DNA from: Octopus vulgaris
Taxonomy: Eukaryota
Direction of reading: 5' to 3'
Length of the DNA stretch: 64,000 nt
Assembly (NCBI GenBank): GCA_951406725.2
Contig: OX597828.1
Location: forward strand, 65,286,001 to 65,350,000
Shown: positions 1 through 15,935 of the stretch, piece after piece
Position numbering within the stretch: the stretch's first letter is position 1
How the letters are laid out: every line of letters begins with the position of its first letter
The notes under the pieces: model-generated
The model's input: the letters and a program-made list of their open reading frames with translations, nothing else
What the model was told of the DNA's origin: nothing
Databases searched by the model: none
Position numbers and translations under genes: made by a program

Positions 1-691
1 TTTGCAAGGGCTCGTTTGCACGATTTGAGAAGGATCGCTGGGAATCCATCAGGTCCAGCAGCTGAGTTTGTGTCAATCTCATCAATGGCTAGTGTGATAT
101 CATCATCTTCGATGTTGATGTACTCAATTTTTGTCTCTTTGGCCGCAGGTAAAGTGGCAAAGAATCCTTCTGGATTGTTTACTTGCCTGTGTCCTAGAGG
201 TGTAGTGAACACACTTTGGAACAGTTTCTTCAGTATTTCACTTATCCTCGTGGGATTTCCTGTGAGAGAGCCATCTTTTTGGAAGAGAGGTCCTATTCTC
301 TGGTGCACTGTGGCTGTCTCTTTGGCAAACTTAAAGAAAGCTTTAGGGTTTGATTTTATATTTTCTATTACCCAAGCTTCTTTATCTGCTCTCACCTTTT
401 CATGGGACTGATGTAGACTTTTCTCAGTTTCCATTAGCATTCTTTCGAGCCGAGACTTCTCACCACTTTTGGTGTGCTTGCTCAGGCGGTTTGCAATCCT
501 TGTCCGTCGTCTCATAAGAATCCTCCTTTCTCTAGGGATCCTGTTTTTGTTCTTGTGTGTGCTGGCCCTGCACACTGGGACATATTTGTCACATATGGCT
601 TGTATTATGGACATGAAGTGTTTGTGTTTCATGTTTATGTCCGGTGTGGAGAGACATTCAGCCCAATCCTGTTTGAGGATCTCTTTCTCAA

Positions 692-1591
692 TCAACTTCC
701 AGTTGGCTTTATGATGGAGAGATGGTGGGTGCTTCGTATAGGCTGTGTGTCTGCGGGGGCTTTTGTTCCATACATAGACAGCTCTATTATGTTGTGATCC
801 GAGATCATTGTTGGCATCACATTAACATTATGGATAATATCCATATTGTTTGTGAAGCAGAGATCCAGTATATTATCTGCCCTTGTTGGTTGCAGAACTA
901 TTTGCTCCATGAAAGAGGCATTTGTGAGATGGAGCAGGGACTCCACCTGTGCCTGCTGATGGTGTGTCATCCCTGGGAGCATCTGCCCCCCAGGCCATTC
1001 CACATTGGGGAGGTTAAAGTCACCCATGAAGAATACACTGTTGTGCTGTTCAAGGTTGGTGAGGACTTCTCCTATTTTTGTTAGGCAGTCTTCAAACATG
1101 CCTGAGTGTTTTGGGGCATCTGGTGGGCGATATGTAGTGCATATGACGATATTCAGTTGTCTTATGTGTACAATTTGAGTTTCACATACTGAGTTTGAAT
1201 ATGACAGCAGGACCTGGGGCGTGAGGTCATCTCGGATGTACATTGCAACTCCACCATGGCTCCTCCCTTTTCTATCTGTGCGTATGACTGCATATTGCGG
1301 CATGTGTATTTCTGCATCACCTATATCGGGTTCAAGATGCGTTTCTGTGAGTGCCATGCATATAGCTTGATTGCATGTCACAAGGTCTCTCAGGAATGAA
1401 ATTTTCTTTTTACAGTTTCCGCGCAGCAGCCCTCCTACATTCAGTAGAAATATTTTTGTGGTGTGTGTGTGTGTGGTGTTGGTGTCTGTGGTGGCCATCC
1501 TGCATCTGTTGGAGGTGGCCTTATGTGGTGGTAGTTCCAGCTTTGTGCTTGTAGCCAGGTCAGCGGCTGAACAATTTTTTGTGCCATGCAC
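692..1591 (-). pseudogene. LINE ORF2 apurinic-like (EEP) endonuclease domain; frame break near 717
   Basis: Full EEP motif series in the 299-aa ORF; downstream coding continues in another frame. Confidence 0.9.
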
Positions 1592-2100
1592 AAAAAAGAT
1601 TGCTGTTCAGCTGCCGCCCTTCTCACATCTGGGTGAAACTGGCCACCTGTTGGGTTTCCGCGCACCACATCTGCATACCGTCTTTCAGTAGTGGTCAGTG
1701 CGCTTTTTTCCCTTCTTTTAACTTTTTCTTTTTGTTTTTGTTCTCCCTGAGGGAGGGACCTCTGTCTCGCGTCCGTGCGGTTTTGGTAGGGCCTCCGATG
1801 TGCAAAGCGACAGTTTGCACCTTCGACGCCGTACCAGCAGTCCCCCTCAGGTAGAATTTGCAGGTGTTTCTTTCCCTGCCCTTACAGTTCTTGCTGGGGT
1901 CCCTCTGCTTTCTCTGGACAGGGCTTCCTTTAGCCTTGATTCTGTCACCCTTTACCTCCTGCTTCCCATCAATTTCAGGGTGCCTTTCCTTTCTTGCGGC
2001 CATCGCACCTCTTTGGTCTTCAGTTGTGGTGTTGGAAGCTGGACATGTGTCATCGTTTCCCTGTGTTCCAGGCTTCTCCGTTTGGTTCTGGATGCTTTCT
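1441..2100 (-). pseudogene. LINE ORF1 C-terminal part with CCCH zinc finger, overlapping the ORF2 start
   Basis: Restoring one G in the G-run near 1843-1847 gives [22 protein letters not shown] (C-x7-C-x8-C-x3-H). Continues to YADVVRG...QSFLCMAQKI..., stop at 1441. Confidence 0.65.
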
Positions 2101-2108
2101 TCATCCTT

Positions 2109-2570
2109 TTATATATACATATATATATACATACATACATACATACACATATATATACACATATATATATACATATATATACATACATATATATATACAT
2201 ATACATACATACATACATATACACATACATATATATATACATATACATATACACATATATATACATATATATATACATATACATATACACATACACATAC
2301 ATATACATATATACACACACATATATATATATATATATACACATATATATATATATATACATATATACATATATATATATACATATATATATATACATAT
2401 ATATACACATATGTATATATACATACATACACATACATATATGCACATATACACATATACATATACATACACATATATACATATACACATATACATATAT
2501 ATACATAGACATACACATATACACATATACATATATACACATACATATATATATATACATATATATATAT
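2109..2570. repeat. Degenerate (TA)n/(TACA)n microsatellite
   Basis: Direct reading. Confidence 0.97.
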
Positions 2571-2828
2571 GGAGTTATATATAGGAGTTGCCACCTGCAT
2601 AGGTGCCACCTCCCTTTCCCGTGAACTTCTCGGCCAATTCATCTCTTTCCTTTCCAACTTTCACCCCTCTCTTCAATTCACCTCCACCATCTCCAACACC
2701 TCTGTCAACTTCCTTGACATCTCTCTCCGAATCGACCACCCCTTAAACTCTCTCACCACCACCGCCTTCTTTAAACCTACGGACTCCCACCTCTATCTCA
2801 ACTTCTCCTCCTCCCACCCCAAACGAGT
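2571..2828 (+). mobile_element. Penelope-like RT fragment (different family from 4100-5476)
   Basis: [45 protein letters not shown] matches the PLE RT C-terminal/thumb motifs. Flanked by TA repeats. Confidence 0.85.
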
Positions 2829-2915
2829 TATATATATATAACTCCTTTGACCACTCCCCTAATAATGACAGTTTTGCGCCATGCCTACCCCCAAAAAAGT
2901 CCCCCACCACCACCC

Positions 2916-4082
<1,167 letters not shown>

Positions 4083-4099
4083 ATATATAGTAACATTCG

Positions 4100-5476
4100 A
4101 TGTGGCAATCATCCATCCCCCACAACCTAGGAATAGAAGCTATCCAATTCTGGCTGGATAATTACTCCAACGAACTCCCACACCGCATCAAAAAGGAATT
4201 TATTTTAGAAGGACTCAAATTCATCTTAGAGAATAATTTCTTCACCTTCAACAACAAATTCTACAGACAGAAATCAGGGACGGCAATGGGAACGAAAACA
4301 GCTCCCACTTACGCCAACTTAGTCATGGGATACCTGGAAATCACCCTCTATAATAACGTTCTTAACCAATTTGGCACCACTTTCCACACACACATAGAGA
4401 AGAACTGGAAGAGATATCTTGATGACTGCTTCATCCTTTGGCCCGAAACCGTCGAGAAGCTTAACGAATTTCACACTCTTATAAATGGGCTCAACACAAA
4501 CATTATTTTCACAATGGAATACAGCCCTCAACAAATTCCCTTCCTCGACATCCTCATTAAAATTCACAACAAAAAAATAGAAACAGACATATACTACAAG
4601 CCCACAGACTCCAAGCAATACCTCCCTTTCAATTCATGCCACCCTAGACACGTTAAAATTAACATTCCCTACAACTTAGCCAAGAGAATTTGCACTATAG
4701 TCTCCAATAAAAACACCCGTCTCTTACGTCTACAAGAACTCAAGGGCACATTAACAAGCAGGGATTACCCCACGTCACTAATTGACAATGGGATCCAACG
4801 CGCCCTAAAACTCAGCACGCAGGAACTTAGACGCCCTAAACCTGTTACATCGAAACCCCATACTCTACCATACATCTCTACACACAACCCCCTCAACAAT
4901 GAAGCTTTTGACACCATCCTCCAGAACATTCCTGTATTACAAAAGGACCATAGAATGAACCAAATCCTCCAAACACACGAAATCATAAAGAGCAAAAGGC
5001 AACCCAAATCATTGAAAACCATCCTAACAAATGCCAAAGTACTGCCAACCACAACAACTAAACCCACAGTAAACAAATGCAATAGACCCAACTGTGGTAT
5101 ATGCATCAACCTAATAGAAGGTCCGGAATTCCTTTTTAAACAAGGACAACGTTTCACAGTAAAACACAACTTCACATGCGCATCAGAAAACCTAGTATAT
5201 GTCTTAACTTGCTCGGGCTGTAATGAACACTACATAGGCCAAACAAAAAATAGCCTCCGCCAACGCATGACTGTCCACAGATCCCAAATAAAAATACAGG
5301 AATATAGAAAAATAGCATTTAGTGCACATATTGATACCTGTGCCGCACAACTCCATCCCAATTTTAGAATCTTTCCCCTCTACAAATTTAAAGACCATGC
5401 CACTTATACCCAGCGAATAACCATGGAATCCCACCTTATTAATAAATACAGACCACTTCTAAACACATGCCCCTAA
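4100..5476 (+). CDS. PLE reverse transcriptase (partial) + Cys-rich linker + GIY-YIG endonuclease
   Basis: [56 protein letters not shown] linker, [31 protein letters not shown]. Open for 458 codons. Confidence 0.93.
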   Translation: MWQSSIPHNLGIEAIQFWLDNYSNELPHRIKKEFILEGLKFILENNFFTFNNKFYRQKSGTAMGTKTAPTYANLVMGYLEITLYNNVLNQFGTTFHTHIEKNWKRYLDDCFILWPETVEKLNEFHTLINGLNTNIIFTMEYSPQQIPFLDILIKIHNKKIETDIYYKPTDSKQYLPFNSCHPRHVKINIPYNLAKRICTIVSNKNTRLLRLQELKGTLTSRDYPTSLIDNGIQRALKLSTQELRRPKPVTSKPHTLPYISTHNPLNNEAFDTILQNIPVLQKDHRMNQILQTHEIIKSKRQPKSLKTILTNAKVLPTTTTKPTVNKCNRPNCGICINLIEGPEFLFKQGQRFTVKHNFTCASENLVYVLTCSGCNEHYIGQTKNSLRQRMTVHRSQIKIQEYRKIAFSAHIDTCAAQLHPNFRIFPLYKFKDHATYTQRITMESHLINKYRPLLNTCP

Positions 5477-5952
5477 CACGAACCCACAACAAACACACTT
5501 ACACCTGCACACACCCTACACACACCTTTACCCAGATATTAACACCATGACACACACAAATATATGGTTCCACACATACACATAATTGAATACGGGTGCA
5601 AAACATCCAACACTATTTTTGGAAATGGCTGTAAATATTGACTTCACACAAATACGTTGCTTCCCGATACAGGCACAAGGCCAGCAGAACTATAAATATT
5701 GAAAATTGTACCCACACACACACATATATACACGTGCGCGCGCCCCAACATACATATAAACACACACGCGCGCGCGCGCGCACACACATACATACATACA
5801 GCTCTCCCTGTTCTAAACGAACTTACTTATCCAGTCAAGCGGAAAATACACTCCCTAACTACGCTCTAAAAAGCTATTTAAAATATCCACATGACGTCTA
5901 CTGACCAGCCTGAACAATAAGAATTTTCAACAACACTATTTTCGAAAATTCT

Positions 5953-6165
5953 AAACATTCACGTGACCTCTTTATTATGGCCAATAAGAAATTTTAGGCG
6001 GGACACTAGCCAAATTTTAACTTCTCTGGAGCCTTTTTTCTTACCCCAACACCAACTTCCATTCAAACATTCACGTGACCCCTTCATAATGACCAATCAA
6101 AATTTTAGGCGCGAAACCAAGCAAATCCAAAACAACTCTGGAGCCTCTTTTTTTCACATATAAGA
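5953..6165 (+). promoter_or_regulatory. Tandem (period ~112 bp) promoter-like module: TCACGTGAC, CCAAT, GGCGGGA/GGCGCGAAA, then TATAAG
   Basis: Motifs occur in the same order and spacing in both repeats; function is inferred. Confidence 0.5.
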
Positions 6166-6331
6166 GACAGACTCTAATCTCTCTTTTATATTTTGATAAG
6201 CATAACAAATGCACAACCGGTAAAAAGAACTTTCACCTAATTAAATTACTTAAATTACTTCAATTATTTGTCAGCATTTTCTTCATTTCCTTTTTTATAT
6301 ATCACCACTCGTGTTCGACATCTCCTTTTTT

Positions 6332-7638
<1,307 letters not shown>

Positions 7639-9084
7639 AATGTTGGTGCATATGTATATAAATATAACATATAAATGGATGTGTATGTATGTGGGAGTAT
7701 TTAATGGTTTATTGAATATAGAGTTTGGTAAGTTACAATTTTATTTATCTTATAATAAAGTTAACTTTATATATTTTGTTATATTTCTGTTATAATTTTG
7801 TTAAATTATAATTTTGTTAAATTAATCTATTTGTATGTAATCTCTTTATATTTGAAATAGATTTATTTAGTTGTTTATTTAATCTATTTTATTTAATATA
7901 GAAGTATAGATTAGTAAGATTAAATATTTAGATTAAACTTAATGTTTACCTCTATTTTTGTATTGAAGTATGAATATAGACATTTATATACGCATTTATT
8001 TATATGATATATGTATTTGTGTGTGTATGTATATATGTGTATGGGTTGATGTGCCTGTATATATATGTATATGTATATACATTTATTTATGTGTGTGTGT
8101 GGGGGTGTATATATGTATGTGTATATATTGAGTATTGTATGTATGTACATGTATGTATGTGTGTGCATATGTGTATGTGTGTATGTGTGTGTATATATGT
8201 GTGTATATATGTGTGTATATATGTATACGTATGTGTATGTATATGTATGTATATGTATGTATATATATATATATATGTATGTATATGTATGTATATTTAT
8301 ATATATATGTATACGTTTGTATAGTTATACCGCAAATTTTGATAAGTATTTTAGAGATTTTAGTTATGATCACTAATTTTAGCTTATAATTATAAGAGCA
8401 TTGGGAAAGACATTATTGTACGATGAGGGGTTACAATATTTATTAATCATATAAGATTTTTAGAGTATATTTAATATTTAGTGGTTTTTAATCATTTAAT
8501 TTATTTAATTTATTCTGTATTAAATATTATTTATCATAGTTATTTTATTAATAAATCATATAGTATAGAGTAATTTTATTCTTTATTTGTGACTTCATTC
8601 TATTTACACTTATTGATAAACCATTAATGTTCCCATTGACAATCTGCATTGATAAAGCGTATTTGTTCCTCAGGCTTAATGAATTCTTCAACAATTTATT
8701 CTTTTTTTGCTAATAACATAATTCCACGAGTATTCTTATAAACGCTGTAAAGAAGTTTTCCTATTCAAAATTTTAGTTCATTACAAAACCTCGCTAAGAT
8801 AATTTTTTCTTTATATTTAAGATCTTTAAATTGTAAATTTAGTATTTTATAAGTTTTTGGTGTAATAATATTTTTCTTATGTAAATATCGTTGTTTATGT
8901 AATGATCTAATTATCGTAATTTTCTATATTATTAGATATTAAATTTAAGTTTATTCTTAAGATATTACTTAGCGATAGATTTGTTGTTTGATAGCAAGTA
9001 TATGAGTTGTCTAAAGTTAGGTTTCTGTATATACATGTATTAATAATATTAATTGTAGTTTTAAATTTCTTATAATTAAAATTA

Positions 9085-9200
9085 GATAAACTTTGATAAA
9101 CTTAGATATGTTTCGACCAAAGATTGGTTCAGGCCATGTCTAACTTAATAGCATAACTTAGTTATTGTCTTTTTAAATTGATATTAGCTAGTTATTCCCA
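9085..9200 (-). mobile_element. Eroded LINE 3' end of the 6391-6827 family
   Basis: ggccatgtctaacttaatagca is the reverse complement of ~6764-6785. Confidence 0.7.
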
Positions 9201-9715
9201 TTGATAAATATATTTATAGTATTTATAGTATTTATTCGATACTATATAACTACGAATTGATTATTTCTATAAGTATTTTAAATAAGATTTCCGAAAGTTC
9301 GTTTAAGTTTGTTTGTATTTTTGAAATTAGCTATTTCATCTTTAAATATGAAAAATTAATTTATTAGGTCTTTATTATATGTGCATATATATTTATTTAT
9401 AGAGATTATTTTAGATCTTAATTATATTATTTATATACATTTATATATTTTCATTGATAATTTATATATAATAGTAATTTTTTTTTATATTTATGTAATT
9501 AGATATAGACTATTACCGATATTAGATTATTGGTGGGTTTCTTACCTTATCAATTAAAATTAATATTTAACATTATAATCGATTTTGATATAATCATGAT
9601 TAAGTTTTTAAATTTCTAGTTTGTTAATAGAGTTTATTATAAGTAAAATTATTATATTATTTATATCTTAAAAATATTGTTTAAATATTTCTGATTATTT
9701 TTAAAATATTTCAAT

Positions 9716-9811
9716 TAACCTGAAGATTGACTGTAACCATAACTCGAATTATTAATTGAATTTAAATTATTGTTATTCGAAATGGTACAGCCATGAAACG
9801 ATCGTAGTGTT
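9716..9811 (+). ncRNA. Degenerate type-I hammerhead ribozyme motif
   Basis: CTGAAGA (9720), stem II ctgtaaccat/atggtacag, GAAACGATCGTA with palindromic ACGATCGT; stem I weak. Confidence 0.5.
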
Positions 9812-10074
9812 TTACTCTTTATCTTTTATTAAACTTTTAATACTTTTGATATCTATATAAAAAATTAATTATTTAATTAATTAATAAAATAATATATAAA
9901 TATAAAAATATACATACATATATATTTTTTTTTGTATATATATATTTAAAATTTATAAGTTTAAATTATTTAAATATTTTTTTAATTTTTAACTTTTATA
10001 TTTTTAAATTAATTTTATGTATTGGCTTATGTTTTTCACTGTTTGATTTGCCTAATAGTGGTTTTATCTCTAAT

Positions 10075-10137
<63 letters not shown>

Positions 10138-11099
10138 TATATGTTTATGTGTGATTGTATGTACGGTATATATGTATTTATGCGTATATAGACATGTATG
10201 TATGTATGTATGCATATGCGTATGTGTGCGTAAGTAAATGTATATATATATGCATATACCCTTCTGAGAAGGGCCACTACATTATTGCATTGGATTTGAA
10301 CTGATTTTAACAAGAACAACGACACCATCACAATATCAGCGACAATAACCCCACCAAAAAACAAAACAGGAGTGACACACCGGGTATAAAAAAAACCTTC
10401 TTATAGAGACAAAAATCGATTACTTTAGATCACAAACGTCGAAAAATACAAACCAAAGTTACGTCCCTTCTTTTGGAAGTGTCATAAGCGACATCACTAT
10501 TTCGTTACTCCGAACATAATTCTAAATAGGGGGAAAATTACAATACTTAGAAGACTGAAATCAGAGAAAACTGGATCAAAGCCCAGTTAAAAATGACTTC
10601 TTTCCCTGTAGTACAAAAGAAAACCTTTTAACCGCAAAACTCAAAAAGTGTGTGTGCGTGTAGATATATGTTTTTTTTTATCGGGAAGTATTTATTTCTT
10701 TTTACCTTTGCACATTCCAAACCGATCACAAAGGGACAAAGACCTTATTTAAGTCAAAGCAGCTTTTAGGGTTTGTCGTTACTTGGATTGGTTGATGTTA
10801 GCATATATGTGTGTGTAAAAGCGCACTTGTGGGTATGCGTGTATGTATATGTATACCATATGTAAATGCTTTATATCAACCAAGAACCTCAAAGGAAGAA
10901 ATGCAGAAACCAAAAATTTACAATCCTCAATTTTCTATAGATTTGTTCTCTACACTCATTCCAAGATGGCTCATAGAGACATTTAAAACAACCCTCAACA
11001 CTTTCTCACCTCGAAATCTAAACTCTTCTAGCCTGTACGTGTTTCTACATAATAGATTATCTGAGAACTACCTTATCGATATTGCCCACAATCCATTGT

Positions 11100-11176
11100 A
11101 AGAAAAAGAACTTGCCACGACGAAAATATGGAAAAATAAGGGGAAAACAATGATAGTTGTTGTAATTGATATAGTG
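11100..11176. repeat. ~77-bp repeat, inverted relative to copies at ~13243-13319 and ~14717-14790
   Basis: aagaacttgccacgacgaaaatatggaaaaataagggg versus ccccttatttttccatattttcgtcgtggcaagttctt. Confidence 0.85.
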
Positions 11177-12770
11177 ACATCTGCGGATTTGCAAGTCTTC
11201 CGACTGGCCGGTTCTGTGGTATGTGTCTCCGGCAGTACTTGTACTAAAATTAACAAACTGCTTGGGGTGTTATGGAAATCATACTCTCATCTGTATCCCA
11301 TGCAGCAAAACCCCATCTTAAAAAATAAATACAAGCTTTATTCTTTCAACATCCTCTCTGCATACATTTATGAACAACTTCAATTCTACAAGTTAATTTC
11401 TCCTTCTTTAATATATTCGCAGTATGATAACTCCTATTTATACATCTTTCGCTTCTCCTCACCCATGCTTCTTCACTCTTCCAATTTTCAGAAGTGTCAT
11501 TCACCGCTCCTTCTCAAACTTCCAGCTGACTTATTATTAATCCTTTCCCAGTTGTCATTCTTTCTGATGATCCTTTCTTCCTACATTCCTCTTAGTTTCG
11601 TCTTTTTTTCTTCATATTTACCGTTGACTATCTCCGCTCTTTGAATAATTTCTAGCGTGTGTCACTTTGTAAACCCCTTCATGCTGTTTCTCTTCACATT
11701 TTTTATTTTTACTTTCACTACTTTCAATATGTCTATTTGCTAAGGCCAAATCATTGGTGAAAGGTTGTGACTGAAACGTTATACACCTTCTCTTATCGCC
11801 AAATCAATTTATTCCACTTTTGAACGATAGAAAAATACATTCAGTTGCTTTTATGTTAAAGTCACAAGTTGTTGGGGAAATTTGTGAAATTCATACCTTT
11901 TCTGTATCTGTGCTGTTACTGAAGTGAAAAGGCTATAACAAAGAATTGGGGTGATTTACTAACTCTGTTTACCAGCATAATACACGCTGCACATTTTTCA
12001 AACTGTAAGCCGCTTTCTTAAATTTTATTCAACGTGGACATTAACTCTTCCTTTTATGTTGTCAGTTTCGAGGATTTTACACAGCTTAATCTGTGAGATG
12101 AAGCTGGAAGCTACAAAAGTTGAAAGGACGTTACGCGAAAACGCATATATTGTGAATCTTTATCTCGTGTTTGTGTAAGGCTACACTGCAATTTCTCACC
12201 TCCCGCCTCTTTCTCTCTCCCTCTCTCTCCCTCCCTCTCCCCCTCTCTTTCGATCTGTATCTTGCTCTCTCTTTTTCATTCTCTCTCATTCTCTCTATCT
12301 CGCTTGCTCACTCTCTGTCACGATAACATAGTCGTTCATTATTTTTGCTTCTTGCAAATTTTATATCGCTTTAATTTTTTCAATTTCACATCCTTACACT
12401 ATTCCATGTTTCTCTTACCTCCTTGATTTCTTCCACTTTCTCTGAAATATTATTTTATCTTTACAATTCATTATTTTCTCATCCCCATTTAATTCCTCCT
12501 CTTTCTCCTATATATTCACCAACACACGTTCTCTTTTGCGTCTGTTCCACTAACTTCTTCAATCTTTCTGTCCTCACCGCTTCTCTCTCACACTTAAACC
12601 GTCAAGCCTATAATCACAATACATCATAAGCTAATATTGCAACTTCGATTTAATTATTACAACAGTAACCATAACGACAAGAAATACCAACCAAAAAAAA
12701 ATTGACAAGGAAGTGTAGGACTACTTTACATAATACTACTAAGTGATAATTATAATAACAACACTATACC

Positions 12771-13006
12771 TATTTCTTTACTACCCACAAGGGGCTAAAC
12801 ACAGAGAGGACAAACAAGGACAGACAAACGGATTAAGTCGATTATATCGACCCCAGTGCGTAACTGGTATTTAATTTATCAATCTCGAAAAGATGAAAGG
12901 CAAAGTCGACCTCGGCGGAATTTGAACTCAGAACGTATCGGCAGACGAAATACCGCTAAGCATTTCGCCCGGCGTGCTAACGTTTCTGCCAGCTCGCCGC
13001 CTTCTT
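12771..13006 (-). mobile_element. tRNA-derived SINE family A, full length, 13-bp TSD
   Basis: B-box-like gagttcaaattcc; central gcctttcatc..gataaattaa.tacc; TSD acaacactatacc at 12758 and 13007. Confidence 0.9.
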
Positions 13007-13621
13007 ACAACACTATACCGTATACTTCCTGACAATCATCTGTGATATTGCCGTTAAAGTTGTAGTTGCTACAGCTACTCCCATTACGTTTGTTGTTGAC
13101 CCTGATTATCACAGCCACAATCATCAGAACAATCACTACCGACAAATGTATTCATTTCTAATGTTATTATTTCATTATCGGTGTTCCATACTTGTTTTAT
13201 CACAACACCCACATTTAATAACAAGGTTTGCCAATTAATCTCCACTATATCAATTACCACAACCACCATTGTTTTCCCCTTATTTTTCCATATTTTCGTC
13301 GTGGCAAGTTCTTTTTCTTGCTTTATGATACCGTTTGATACGTCGAGTATAGTATAGCGAATGGCCGGATAAATTATTGGAGGTATTAGTTATGCCACTT
13401 TTTTCTGCACTCAGAATTGGCTGTAGTGAGCTATTTTTTCTCTTGTATAAGATCGTTAAGATAAATCCAAGTCAACCATTGGAGGTGAAGAAAGCGACTC
13501 CATCTCTCCAATAAAGATTGGCCGGAATGTCATTGAGTATAAATATCCATAGGAACAAGAACAAGGTCAGTCATCGGAGACTAGACAATATTTGTCACAT
13601 TGGGCCAAAAATAAAACATCA

Positions 13622-13840
13622 TACTGTTTTACTCTTTTACTTGTTTGTCATTTGACTGCGGCCATGCTGGAGCACCGCCTTTAGTCGAGCAAATCGGCCC
13701 CAGGACTTATTCTTTGGCAGCCTAGTACATATTCTATCGGTCTCTTTTGCCGAACCGCTAAGTTACGAGGACGTAAACACACCACCATCGGTTATCAAGC
13801 GATGTTGGGGCACAAACACAACACAGACACACAAACACAC
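13622..13840 (-). mobile_element. SINE family B, 3' half
   Basis: Matches the full copies at 43833-44213 and 53938-54340. Confidence 0.85.
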
Positions 13841-13935
13841 ATACATACATACATACATACATACATACATACATTACACACATACATACATACATACATT
13901 ACACACATACATACATACATACATACATACACACT

Positions 13936-14004
<69 letters not shown>

Positions 14005-14130
14005 TATTTCTATTATAATGCAACCCCTCCTCTGAGTTATCAGTCTCCACTCTTATGTGTTTTAAGTATTACATGCAATCAAAGTACAGATTTAGCAGAG
14101 TTATGGTCAAAGCTATTTCATTCTTGACAA

Positions 14131-14236
<106 letters not shown>

Positions 14237-15754
14237 TTGCAAACTATATCTTAGAATATATTTGTTGAAAATGAGAGAAAGGGAGAATAAAGAAAGCTTG
14301 TACAATGTAGAAAGTTTTACAAAAAAACTTCTATATTTCGGTTGCAAAGGCCTATCCTCAGAAGGAAACTCCATGAAAATGTGTATTTACATCGATCAGG
14401 TTATCTTTTTTAAACTACCCGGCGTTTGGGTTAACAGCATCAGCAACTCTCCAACTGTTAATCGTGTTTGTTGTGACGTATTTTTCAAGTGGTGCTGGTG
14501 GAAGATGATGTTGGTGGCGCATGTTATGATGTTGGTCTTAAGTGGGAATTATTAAACGTACATTATTATTAAGCCTCTGCTTAACTTTGTTTATGCAACT
14601 TCTAGCATGATGCAGACCACAAAGAAACCTCCCTGTTAGTAAGACGTTTCATTTCGTATAAATTTTCTTTTATCTCAACGCCCACATTCAATAACAAGGT
14701 TTGGCAATTAATCTCCACTATATCAATTACAACAACCACCATTTTTTCCCCTTATTTTTCCATATTTTCGTCATGGCAAGTTCTTCTTTCTTTATGATAC
14801 CGTTTCGTATAAATTCAATCTATCATTAAGACTGTATACAAAATACTGTTGTGTGCTAAGCAATGCCGTTTTTTTATAAAGTGAATGCACATCTAACGCT
14901 TGCAATATTATACCTTCAACTATCTAACTCCCAGTGGCCTAAATTATAAAGAGAAAGTTATTTTAGTCCATGCCTGACATACGGTTTAACTATATATATA
15001 TAATACTTATAGATTGATGGGTTCTCAATTTTGCTCTGGACTATGTTGTATTCGTCGAAAAAATATTCTACTCTCTTAAAGTACATCCCTTATCTTCTTA
15101 GCTGTATCTTCGGTCTTTCGATTTCGATTCCATTACATAGAAATTAGTGCTATTTCTACCAAGATAGTGAGTTAAGATCAATTATTTTCCGGTTTTAATT
15201 TTGCGATACTTATTAATCTGTACTCTTATTTCCTTATTTTCACTTTTTATTTCGCATATGATGTATGAGGCGGTACCATAGCCAATGAGGGTTATCCGAG
15301 GCGTGGTTATTGCTAGTTGAAAACTATATGATGTGTGTTATTCTATAATATACATAGATATATACATACACACACACATATGCATATATACATAAACGCA
15401 CACACGTGTGTGTATGTGTGTGTGTGTGCGCGCGCGTGCGTGCGTGTGTGTATATTATTATAATGCATTAATTTCTTGGTATGCTTTGTTTTACTCTCAT
15501 TTGTACTGTGGCGTTGATACACATCTAAAGACTCATGTTCGTCCAAGTAATATTTCGAGTCTAACAGGACATTTGGAGTAGCATCTGTTGTTTGTTGCAA
15601 ATTACATTCCATCGTACCCATTTTGCCGCGAAATATAGACCTGTGAGGTGGTGTGATTTAGATGCCCGCTTTACAACCACCATGATTTTTTCGTTCATAC
15701 TTGGTGTATGACACCTCGGGCTAGTGGCTTATACAATGAATTGCGCGTGTATTT

Positions 15755-15931
15755 ACACACGTACTGTTGGCAATTTCTTTTCATTCTCTGAACTTTTCCT
15801 TTTCTCCTTTCCGACGAAGAGTTATGCACGAAACGTCAAACTCTCACTTTTTCACCGAGCGTCGAGCTAATACATTTCTTGTACACGTCCTATTGTTGTC
15901 CTTCAATTTTACTCGTTTATTTGAATTGACT
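15755..15931 (+). mobile_element. ~180-bp minimal-HHR element (duplicated at ~17217-17393)
   Basis: ttt CCGACGA agagttatgcac GAAACGTC aaa, then the gagcgtc..taatac 3' part shared with the 30510, 34255, 34513 and 40905 copies. Confidence 0.6.
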
Positions 15932-15935
15932 ATAT

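Larger units (their letters stand above)
1..2108 (-). mobile_element. CR1-group LINE: 5' part (ORF1 C-terminus, APE endonuclease and linker running off the window toward RT), frameshifted
   Basis: APE motifs NVGGL, ALTETHL, GGVAMY, YRPP, GDFNLP, LDLCF, SDHN. The 1-715 minus frame continues to ...GPDGFPAILLKSCKRALAK, homologous to the start of the 27483-29294 RT ORF. Cut at 2108 by (TA)n. Confidence 0.92.
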
